DNA from: a bacterium
GTDB lineage: Bacteria > 4484-113 > JAFGCY01
Length of the DNA stretch: 64,000 bases
NCBI GenBank assembly: GCA_020440645.1
Contig: JAGRNR010000004.1
Coordinates: forward strand, 12,762-76,761
Direction of reading: 5' to 3'
Of the stretch, positions 47,474 through 58,400 are shown one piece after another. A program made the translations under genes and the position numbers. The notes under the pieces were generated by a model. That model was not told the origin of the DNA, did no database searches, and worked only from the letters and a program-made list of their open reading frames with translations. Positions within the stretch are counted from its first letter, which is position 1; every line of letters begins with the position of its first letter.

Positions 47474-49330
47474 ATGATCAAGAACAGATACAGACGCAAC
47501 GGTTTCACCCTGATCGAGGTGCTGGTGGTGGTACTCATCGCCGCCATCGTCTTCTCGGTGATGTTCACCGTGCTCGGCACATCCTTTGAGGTGCTGCGCG
47601 TTGGTGAGAGCCGTGCCCAGCTGAACAACAACACACGAGCGGCCCTGGATTACGTGGTGAATGACATCAGCACCGCGACCTCCATTCCGCTGGAGTATGA
47701 CCGCGACATCAACGGTTACCCCGATGACCTGCCGTACACCAATGGCGAAGGTTATGACGAGGATGCCGTCTGGCGCGTGGCCTGGCGGGTCAACAACCTG
47801 CCGGTGATCTCCGCGGGTTACTTCCTGAGCTGTGCCTGGAGTGACAGGCTGCGCCTGACCCACCAGTCTCTTGTGGCCGACACCCCCCGGGGCAGCAACC
47901 AGACCTTCGCCGTGCCGAAGGCGATCCGCCGCGACGGCTCCCGCGAGCTGGTCTACTACGACAGCCTGCTGCGCCTCGTGACCCCGGCCAACGATGAAAT
48001 GCCTTACTACCTGTCCGGTGAGTGGGATCGCAACGGAGACGGTGTTTTCGACGGTGCTGACCTGCAGAACTCCGGCCCCGGTGCCGGCCGTGGCGTGCTG
48101 GACGGCTACCCGGATGTGGTGGTCTCCGGTGCCCAGAAGGAAAGCTCCGTGCTGGTGCAGGACCTGTTCTACGCCTTCGCTGACAGCCCGGACATCGTGC
48201 GCCGTGAGCGCCAGATCCCGATCAGCGGCAACATCACCCGCGTGAAGTACGAGTACCTGCACGAGGTGCCGGTCTACCTCTCGCGCGTGAACGGCGGCAA
48301 CGTCGAGATCTGCTACCAGAGCCTGCTTGACGGCAGCATCAACTGGATTGCCGCCAATGATGAGCGTGACAATTCGATGGTTGGCATGGAGCCCCTGGTG
48401 GACCACTGGGAGATGCGCCAGATCGACGTGGCCTTCAACGGCACCGACGGGTTCTACGTGGATCCGGACACCGGCGCGCAGTACGGCGGCTTCAGCTGGA
48501 AGCTGCAGGACAGCTACCCCGAGGGCTTCGACCCGCTGAAGCTGACCGGTGACCACGTGGCCCCGCCGACCGGAGTCGGCCTCGGTGAGGTGACCGGCGG
48601 CACACTGACCAGCGGCTGGAACTGTGCCGTGTTCGACAACATCGATTCCAACGGCGACGGTCGCAACGATAACTCCCCGATCGACCGCTTTGCCTATGTG
48701 ACCACCAGCGTGAGCGGTGGTGAAGTGATTGACGGTGGCATCGCACAGTTGCGTCCCGACATGGAGCGCCTTCACGGTACCGGCTATTACCAGCGCAGCC
48801 TGAACCCGACCGGCGTCGGTGACCTTGGCGATGCGGACGGCATCCCTGACGGCGATGGCATCCCGGATGACCCGGTGCCCGGCTGGTGGCTGCCCTACAT
48901 GCGCGCCGTGCGTGTGACCGTGGTGTCCACACCGAACGATGTGATCGAGGAGCGCCGCAACAAGAGCGGTAAGGCTGGCAAGACCGGTTCCACCGTGTAC
49001 TACCGCCTCGACAGCCCGATCCCCTTCTCGGATCCTTCCCGCACCCAGCCGCTGTACAACCAGCAGGCTGACTACATCGGCGTCAACAAGGACCTGGTGA
49101 TGACCCGCACGGTCCCGGTCAACAGCCCCCTGGTGGAGAGCGGAGCCTATCCGTACTACCTCGAGCTGATGACCAGCCCGCGTGACAGCCGGATCCAGGA
49201 GCGCCGCGTGGACCAGAACGTGTTCGACGCGGTACGCACCCTGTTCCGCGATCCGCTGGATCCGAGTGCGACCATCCGGGCCAGCACTCCCTCGGAGAAG
49301 CTGCAGGAAAAGGACCCGGTCTCGAACTGA
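47474..49330 (+). CDS. Large (618 aa) prepilin-type N-terminal domain protein (minor-pilin-like 6)
   Basis: MIKNRYRRNG|FTLIEVLVVVLIAAIVFSVMFTVLG; long body with no other recognised domain. Confidence 0.7.
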   Translation: MIKNRYRRNGFTLIEVLVVVLIAAIVFSVMFTVLGTSFEVLRVGESRAQLNNNTRAALDYVVNDISTATSIPLEYDRDINGYPDDLPYTNGEGYDEDAVWRVAWRVNNLPVISAGYFLSCAWSDRLRLTHQSLVADTPRGSNQTFAVPKAIRRDGSRELVYYDSLLRLVTPANDEMPYYLSGEWDRNGDGVFDGADLQNSGPGAGRGVLDGYPDVVVSGAQKESSVLVQDLFYAFADSPDIVRRERQIPISGNITRVKYEYLHEVPVYLSRVNGGNVEICYQSLLDGSINWIAANDERDNSMVGMEPLVDHWEMRQIDVAFNGTDGFYVDPDTGAQYGGFSWKLQDSYPEGFDPLKLTGDHVAPPTGVGLGEVTGGTLTSGWNCAVFDNIDSNGDGRNDNSPIDRFAYVTTSVSGGEVIDGGIAQLRPDMERLHGTGYYQRSLNPTGVGDLGDADGIPDGDGIPDDPVPGWWLPYMRAVRVTVVSTPNDVIEERRNKSGKAGKTGSTVYYRLDSPIPFSDPSRTQPLYNQQADYIGVNKDLVMTRTVPVNSPLVESGAYPYYLELMTSPRDSRIQERRVDQNVFDAVRTLFRDPLDPSATIRASTPSEKLQEKDPVSN

Positions 49331-49344
49331 CCTGAAGCAAGAGA

Positions 49345-49379
49345 ATGGCCCGGCAACGTCCGGGCCATTTTTGCTTTTA
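49345..49379 (+). terminator. Canonical intrinsic terminator ATGGCCCGG-caacgt-CCGGGCCAT + TTTTGCTTTT
   Basis: 9-bp GC-rich stem, 6-nt loop, downstream T-tract; 15 nt after the stop of gene 47474-49330. Confidence 0.7.
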
Positions 49380-49458
49380 CTGCACGGATGTGAAGGCTCA
49401 ATTTTCTATATATATGGTGTAGATTCCCAGCTCTTGGGAATAATAAACTGCGAGGCTT

Positions 49459-52400
49459 ATGCGCACTTACACAAATCTCGTTGGTGGGTCCCCGGAAAGC
49501 GGCAGTGCTTCCACGGCTGACCTCACCCCTGGAACTGATATGACTGGAATATCCAATGGCGGAAACACCCCTCAGCACGCCCCTTGCGGGCAGCTCCGCG
49601 GACGCGCTGTGAAGCGCGGCCACCGGGGCGTCGTGCTGCTGGCCGTGATCATCTTCGTGGCGCTCCTGCTCCCGCTGGTGACGCTGGTCCTGACCAGCCT
49701 CAACACGGAAGCGGTCAGCACCGCAGAGGCGATCAAGGGCCACAAGCTGGACCTCGCGAGCCAGAAGGCGCTTAATGACGCCATCTCGCTCGTGGTGCAG
49801 CAGAAGTCCCTGCCGGACTATTACAGCTCGGCCAACCAGCCGGCCACGGCGATCGTCGTGCTCGACCCGGTCAGCGGCTTCCGCCGTGACCAGGTGCCGG
49901 ACAGCGGCGTGGTCGGTGCTGCGGGCCTCGACGACATCCTCGGCACGGGAGACGACTACTGGACCAGTCCCCGTGGCGACCGTTCCGTGCTGCCGACGGA
50001 TGTCTACGACCACACCCGCAACTATGAGTTCGACTTCAGCTTCAGCCAGATGCATTCGCCGACCTACCTCGGCCAGCCCTCGCTGCTGTCGTCAACCAAC
50101 CGCTACAACGGCACGAGCCCGAACACCGGCGAGACCATCTGGCTGTTCAACCCCTACCTGGCGGTGGCGGTTGACGATGATGCCGACGGAATTGACGACG
50201 GTTACGACCCGAACGACGCCGGTGGCGACCCGTTTGACGGCAAGGAGGCCCAGCTGCATGGCAACGGTGGTTTCCCGAATGCTGACGAGCCCCGTCTGAA
50301 CGGGCCCGGAAGTGCCGTCGAACGCAGCCTTGACAACGGAAACAACATCCGGGACTACATGCTCAACTCGCGCATCGCGATCTACGAGAGCGTGTTCACC
50401 GACCTCGACCGCGGCCCCGTGCCGACGGACCTGCTGAAGAGCTATGCCGACGTGACCGATGAGGCCGGCCGCATCAACCTGAACATCTTCTGCAAGAAGG
50501 TGCGCGTGCTGATGCCGGAGGCCGCCGACGTCGACTACAACCTCGAGGGCCTGGCAACCAACGACTTCAACTACAACGAGCAGCTCAACGAGCTCGGCTT
50601 CAAGTGGATTGACAACCCGCTGTTCCCGGACCGCCTGACCAACCAGCGCTGGAACTGGAACATCCCGGCCGGCACGCTGTCCAATGACGGCGATATCGAC
50701 TTCGGTACGCTTGACCCGTCCACCGGCATCCCGGACCCGACCCCGGACGGCTACTCCTGGCCTGACCTGGGCGAGAACGTGCAGCACTTCTACCTCGGCG
50801 ACACCGATGGCGACGGCATTTCCCAGGGCAACGAGGCCGCGCGCCACAGTGTCGAGATGCTGACCAGCCTGCCTGGCGTCGACCTGGAGCTGGCACTCAA
50901 CATCCTCGAGTACCTCAACCCGAGCCAGGACACGCTCAACGCGATCGACCCGGGCTACGCTGATGGCAGCGTCGAGCCCAACATCGACCCGACCATCGGC
51001 GCCGCGGGCTACCGCTATGACGTGGCCAACGTCACCCCGCCGCTGACCGCGCTCGGCATCAACCTCGCGGGCGGCACCGTCGGCAGCATCTTCTGGGACT
51101 TCGCCGCCAGCGATGAGGACGACATGCCGCTGCCGCAGCCCTTCGCGCTTTCGAGCCTGGACCAGCTGCTCAACGTGCCCGGCATGACCCGCGCCAAGTT
51201 CAACAGGCTGAAGGACTACCTGACGATCCACAGCTATGACACCAACGTGATCGGCACCTACATCACCGACGTCGGCCCGGATGCCGACCTGGTGAACGCC
51301 TACGAGGCCGGTGACCCGTTCTTCTTCGGCCAGGTGCGCCGCACCGTGCCGGATGACATGCGCGACACTGACAATGTCAACGACCTGCGCTACGACGTCA
51401 CCGCCACCGCCGGCGGTTTCTCGCTCGAGGACTACCGCGACCGCGCGGAGGAGATGTACGCCTACATCCGCGAGCACCTGCCGAGCACCAACTTCCGCAA
51501 GATCACCCTGCCGGCGGTCGACCGCACCGGCCGCAGTGGCGCGTCAGACCACATGACGCCCAATGACGACCCGCGCTACGACCCGACCGGTGGTGGCCTG
51601 CTTGTGCCGCACCGCGACAGCGAGGCCAACCCCTACAACGTCGGCGCCTTCGGCCACCAGTTCCCGACCAGCGACGAGGCCTTCACGAACTTCGCCGGCT
51701 ACCCGGCGCTGAACCCCGAGTTCAGCCTGGACAGCTGCCTTTCAATCGTGCTCTACCGCAACGGTACGCCGTTCACCGCCGATGACTACACCTACGACTG
51801 GAACGGCGTGAACATGGCTGCCCACCCGGCCAGCCCGGGCATCGGCAACCTGTTCGGCGGCGGTGCGTTCTTCTTCATCGAGCGCATCTTCGGCATCTTC
51901 GGCGGCGGCTTCGACTTCGGTCCGAACAACAACCCGCCGGACGGCTTCGACTTCGCCACGCTGGCCAACACGAACAATGCCAACCCGGTCGTCACTCCGC
52001 ACGGCCCCGGCGTGTTCACCGCTGCCAACCTGCTCAACCCGGGCACCTTCGACAGCGCGGCTGACCTGCTGCAGGTCCCGCTCTACGAGTTCAGCAGCAT
52101 GAGTGTCAGCCTGATGTCCGACCCGCCGTCAGACTACCGTGACCCGATTGTCAACCAGAACGGCATCGTGAGCTACTACGCCACCTTCAGTGACGTGGTG
52201 CCGGTCAGCTGGTACTTCGACAACGTGACCGGCCCCGACGGCAACCTCGGCACGGCAGATGACCCGGCGCAGGACGTGGTGCTGTACATGCTGTACTTCA
52301 ACTACGCCAACCGCACCGGTGTGTTCCCCTCCGCGGGTGGCCCGTATGACGCTCCCTCGCTCAGCGCTGACACGGTGCAGATTCCGCTCACCGCGCAGCA

Positions 52401-55400
52401 GATCCGCTCGGTCAGCCCGGTGTTCCCCGGCATGACCGGCAATGTCACGATCCAGGCCTATGACAACTTCAACAACCTGGACGTGCTCGGCCCCGACTTC
52501 ACCAACAGCCCGGCATTCGCCAGCACGCTGGCCCCGCTCGGCGGCGTCGGCAGCCTCGGCCGCAACTTCAGCTACCAGCAGGTCCCGTACCCGCTGGGTG
52601 GCGGCGTGACGGATGATGGCAACTGGCGCCCGAACGAGGGCAATGCCTGGGACACCGGTGTGGCCCCGGTGCAGTGGCCCGGCTGGGCCTGGACCGGTGA
52701 AGGCGACCCCTACGCCACCGGCCGCATCCTGGCCTACCGCTGGGATGACAATGCCAATGAGCCGGAGGACCCGGAACTGCGCGCGGATGACATCACCAAG
52801 GTCTTCCTGCAGAACAACACCGAGGCCGCGATCCCGTTCGCGGTCAACATCCTGCCGGTGCGCACCGGTGGCGACACATATGACATCTACTCCAGCTACG
52901 GCGGCGCGGACACCTCCGGCGGCGGCAGCTACCTGCTGTTCGACTGGGAGTACCGCGACACGCTCGGCCCGGATGACGACCCGGATGACTTCGACGGCAC
53001 CTGGCCGACGGAGCAGCCCGGGCAGCTGATCAACAACCCGATCCAGATCCGCGTCAACCCGGAGGGCAACACGGTCACGCTGCACATGTATGACCTGCGC
53101 AGCTTCGTTGACTCCAGTGGCCTGCCGATCGCCAGCGGCACGCCTGCGCTGCCCGGCAACATCTATGCCGGCGGCCGCGTGCAGACCACCCCGTCTGACG
53201 GCGGCACCTTCCCGGTGGACTACGGCGGTGGCTACCCGCCGGTGCCGACTGCTGGCTATGCCTTCGACAGCGCCGTGATCTCCCCGATCGAGACCGCCGC
53301 CGGCTTCCAGGCCCAGCTTGCCAGCCATGAGGTCTCCGTGTTTGACAACGACACCAGTGTCGAGGTCGAGATGAGTGCCGCCGGTGGCGACCTGAACTAC
53401 AACTGGGAACTGCGCGTGCTTGACGCGACGCTTGGCAACGGTGCCGGCGGCCCCTACCAGGGTCCCGACGGTGCCGGCCCGATCGCCAGCTTCCCCGGCC
53501 TCGGCAGCCCGCCGCGTCCGTCCCGCGTCACTCCCCCGGGATTCGACTATGCAGCCGCCGAGCTCGTGCCCGGCACCCTGCTGGTCGTGGCCGGCAGCAG
53601 CAGCAGCCCCGAGTGGAACACATTCTTCGACCCGAGCGGCCTGCCGAACAACACCGAGTACTGGCTGCGCCTGCGTGTCACCGAGAACGGCGGCACGACG
53701 GACACCGTGTTCAGCAAGCTCGTGAAGGACGACGAGTCCTCCAGCAGCACCGGCACCGCCATCCCGCCGGAGATGAACGCCAGCATCACCCTGCGTGAGC
53801 TCGGTGACAGCCGCCTCGGCTTCACCGCGAGCGCTTCCGTGGACGGCGGCCGTGACGGCTACGGCTACTACTGGGTCCTGACCCGCCCGAAGTACAACGG
53901 CACCGGCAACCACGTGCTGGACAGCGCAATCCCGATGGAGACCGTCGACGCGGCGGCCCCGATCGTGAACCTCGACAGCCTGACGACCGGCGGCGGTGCG
54001 GTCAGCACCACGGTGCAGATGCGCTCCAACGACGCCAGCCCGAGCTTCGAGTTCAGCCAGCTTGACAACTATGACAACGAGACCGGCGCGGCCGGCGCGG
54101 ACGGCATCCCGGATGCGCAGGGTGTGTACTTCGTGCACTGCTTCGTGCTCGACCGCAACAACCTGCTGCCCTCCAGCGGCCAGTCTTTCATCGCGCATGA
54201 CGTGGCGCAGGTGACCCTGAGCAACCTCGGCACCGGCGGCAGCGGAGTGCCCGACACCTCCGGCATCGCCCGCACCCCGATGGCGGTGCTGGCGGCGAAC
54301 CCGCCGGGCAATGCCAGCATCTCAGCCGGCACCAACAACAGCGCCGCCGGTGGTGCGAACCCGCCCTACATCGGCAGTGCGACCATCGACCCGGCAATTG
54401 AGCCCGACGTGGCCGCCAACGGCCAGGCGATCGTGATCCGCGGTTTCAACTTCGACCCGGTTGCCAGCAACAACACCGTGCACTTCGCCGGTGGCGTGAG
54501 CGCGACCGGCGCCGGTGTGACGGCCCCGAGCGGAGTTGACATCCTCAACATCGGCGGCTCGCCCTACGGCCAGCAGGAGCTGACCGTGCGCGTGCCGGAC
54601 GGCGCCCGCACCGGCTTCATCACCGTGCAGACCCCGGGTGGCACCAGTGATCGCCGCTACATCTTCCAGACCGGCTTCAACGTGACCTTCGACCTGATCG
54701 GCAGCCTGTCCGTGAATGATGCGGCCTACCTGCAGTACGACCTGGACTTCCAGGGCGACGGCAAGATCGACTACAGCTACAGCTCACTGAGCAACCCGTC
54801 CGGTGGACGCCAGCTGATCGGCAGCAACCTCGGCATCACCCATGACTACGCCGGCGACGGCATCGGCAACTACAACGCCACCCTGACGGTCAAGGACCTC
54901 GTCAGCGGGCGCACCGCCGTCAGCCACCAGCTGGTGATGATCCATGACCTTGCCAACGTGAGCGGCACGAACCTCGTGCTTGCCAGCGGCTTCATCGGCA
55001 ACATCTTCCTGGCCGGCACGCCGTCCTTCACGGATGGTGCAGCGAGCTTCATCAGCGCCGGCGTGCTGCCGGGCGACCTGGTGACCAACCTGAACACCGG
55101 AGCCACCACCAGCGTTGTCAGCGTGATCTCGCAGAACGAGGTTGGCTGCGGCAGCCTGAGCGCCCCGCAGTGGAACATCGGCGATGCCTACAGCATCAGC
55201 CGCTTCGTTGACAGCAACGGCGCCTACGGCATCCTGGCCGACATCTGGCCGGACATCGACACCCGCGGTGCCAGCTTCAACCCGCAGCCCGGCAGTGGCC
55301 TGGCCTTCCGCAGCGCGGTCGGCGGCATCAACACCGCCCTGGCCCGCCGCAAGTGGCAGATCGACCTGAACGGCACCAGTGGCACCCGTGGCGGTGAGCA

Positions 55401-58400
55401 GGTGACCTCCGGCAACTCCACCAGCAACGAGCCCTCCGGTACGGTGCTGCGTGACACGAACAACAACTTCGCCCAGGCTGGCAGCCGTGGCGTGAGCGTC
55501 GGCGACCTGGTGCTGAACATCACGGATGGCTCCACGGCCAACGTGCTTGACGTCGTCAGCGGATCCGAGCTGCGCCTGAGCAACCCGGGCGACCCGAGCT
55601 TCGGCACGGGCCTCGTGAACGGCACCGGCGTGAACCGCACCGGCGTGGTTGATGGCAATTCCGTCAACCAGGTGATCGACCAGCTGGCGGCCCCCTACGA
55701 CTTCGTCGGTGACATCAACGGCCCGGCGCAGGGTGGCATCATGGTGGGCGACACCGTGCTGCAGACCCGTGACGGCGTGCAGATCGGCACCTGGACGGTG
55801 AGCAGCACCGCCAACAGCCCGGGCATCCTCGACGTGGTGAACAACACCTTCACCGGTACGCAGACCGCGACCGTGAATGCCTTCACCGACAACGGCGGCG
55901 GCAACTGGGACATCACCCTCAACCGCTTTGCCAACAACAGCCTGATCGGCCTGGTCCTCACCAACGTGACGGATGGCAACTCCACCTGGACCATCACCGC
56001 CTTCAACGGCGGCAATGACCTGACGGTGCAGCTGATTGCTCCCGGCGCGGGCCTCGGTGTGTTCAACATCGGTGACCTGGTGAGCATCAACGCGGTGCCC
56101 GCCGAGTGGGTGGTCGATGACATCTGGACGGTCAACATCCCGGCCAACCAGTTCCGCATCGGCTACGAGTACGAGATCTTCACGGAGAACGGCTTCAGTG
56201 GCAACGCCTGGGCGGATGCCACCTTCGCCGACTTCAACACGCCGATCGAGTTCCACATCGAGATGAACTACCCGTTCGACCTGAGTGCCGCCGGCGCAGC
56301 CGCCAGCTTCATCGAGGTTGACTGGGACAACGACAGCGTGGTCGACGACATCTTCTTCGTCGCCGACACTACCCGTGGCGATGGTACGCAAAACGGCATC
56401 GAGGTCGAGAACGCGGTGATCACCCACAGCTTCGGGGCTGGTCCCGAGCTCAATGGCGCCGGCTACACAGTCGGCCGCTACTGGGTGAACTCCTTCGCCG
56501 CTGGCCAGACCGGCAGCGAGCGCTACGGCGGTGGTGCGGGCTTCGCCCTGCCGGTGGTGCGCGTGGGACGTGACGATTACGACACGGACCTCAGCACCCT
56601 GAACGTGGCGCAGTGGAACAACAGCCGTGACCACAAGGTGACGATGACGGCGCTGTACCAGACCTTCGCCACCCTGACTGACAACCCGCTGCCGGGCAGC
56701 ACCAAAAATGCCGTCCGCCAGTACGAGACCGTCGACCAGCTCTACGTGCCGCGCGGTGACAGCCAGTTCGCCACGAGCCTGACCAACTGGGTCAGCTACA
56801 GCTCGCCCTTCATGACGAGCAACGTGCCGGGCATCACCCAGATGCTGCACCAGTCGGTGCATGGCGAGGGCAGCAGCTTCAACTGGCTGTCCGATGCCAA
56901 CGCCAACACGCTGTGGAACAACGACGGCAGCGAGAGCCCGCAGGATGGCAACCCGTCCTCGACCTACGAGTACGCAGTCAACAACGGCTTCAACAACTGG
57001 GCCGAGGTCCCGCTGAACGTGCGTGGCGCCAGCTTCCCGCAGGCCGCCCCGAACGTCGGCCGCCCGCAGCCCAACGGCATCTTCGACTACTACACCGCCC
57101 GTCGCGGCGTGTACAACGGCTGGGCCTGGAGCAGCGACGTGCTGCCCTCCAGCCAGCGCAGCTTCAGCTTCGACAGCCAGGCCGTGTTCGTCGGCGACCG
57201 CAACGGCTCGTCCAGCCCTGAGCGCCGTGCACTCGGTGTGGACATCTACATCGATTCCATCGTCGCCAGCAACAGTGACCCGATCCGCTTCACGGCCTTC
57301 CCGAGCGGCGGTGCCAACGAGTTCAACTCCTACAGCTACCGCTGGTTCGTCGAGTACGACAACGGCGGCGGCTTCCAGCCGGTCGACATGGACAACAACA
57401 CGACCACCAACCCGCCGGTCTCCGCCAGCATCTCCGGGCCGATCCTCGTGCCCTACGAGGACATCCAGGACGAGGCGTTCTGGGTGCCCGCTGACAGCGG
57501 TGCCGGCGCATGGCGCGTCTGGTGCGAGGTCAGCGACGGCAGCGGCGTGGTCAACTCCGCGATGAAGACCTTCACGGTCGTCGAGCCGCCGCACAGCGTG
57601 CACGTGATGGCCACCCCGCCGAGCGGCAGCACCGGTGAGTTCATTGAGTTCTGGGTCTCCGCGGACGGCGGCACCCCGGGCTACGACCTCGAGATCGACT
57701 ACGACGGCGACGCCGTGTATGACGATGTGGTGACGGTCGGCGACGGCAGCATCCACATCTTCGGCAACGTCTACAACACGCCGGGCACCTACAACGTCGA
57801 GGTGCGCTCGACCGATGACAGCGGCAACGTCGCGACTGACACCACGGTGGTCCGTGTCGCGGAGAGCATCCCGCTGTGGGGCGACCTGATCGTCAACCCG
57901 CCGAGCGGCGTGGCTCCGTTCATCGCCCAGGTGCACTACGCCGTCAGCGGTGGTCGCAGGCTGGCCGACGGCGGTTACAACGTGAACCTCGCCCTGCTTG
58001 ACAGCAGCGGTTCCAGCCAGGGCAGCGTCAGCCGCACCGATGCCGACAGCTTCGGCGGCGACGGCCCGGATGACCCGCGCCTGCCGGGCGGCAACGATGA
58101 GCCCGTGACCTTCGTGGTCCCGAGTGCCGGCACCTACACCGTGCAGATGACCGTCAGTGACAACAGCGGCGGCGTGGTCACCGTGAACGACACGATCTTC
58201 GCGGACGGCTACATGACCCCGATCGAGTACGGCAACACCGCGCCGCGCGTGGTGACCGACCGTGAGGGCCGCCCGATGCACGCGGTGCGCATCTGGACCG
58301 ACCCGCACCTGACGCTCAGCGATGACACCACCCAGGTGTTCGGCAACAAGCCGGACTCCGAGGGACGTGGCGGCCGCCTGATGGAGGCCGACCTGCAGGT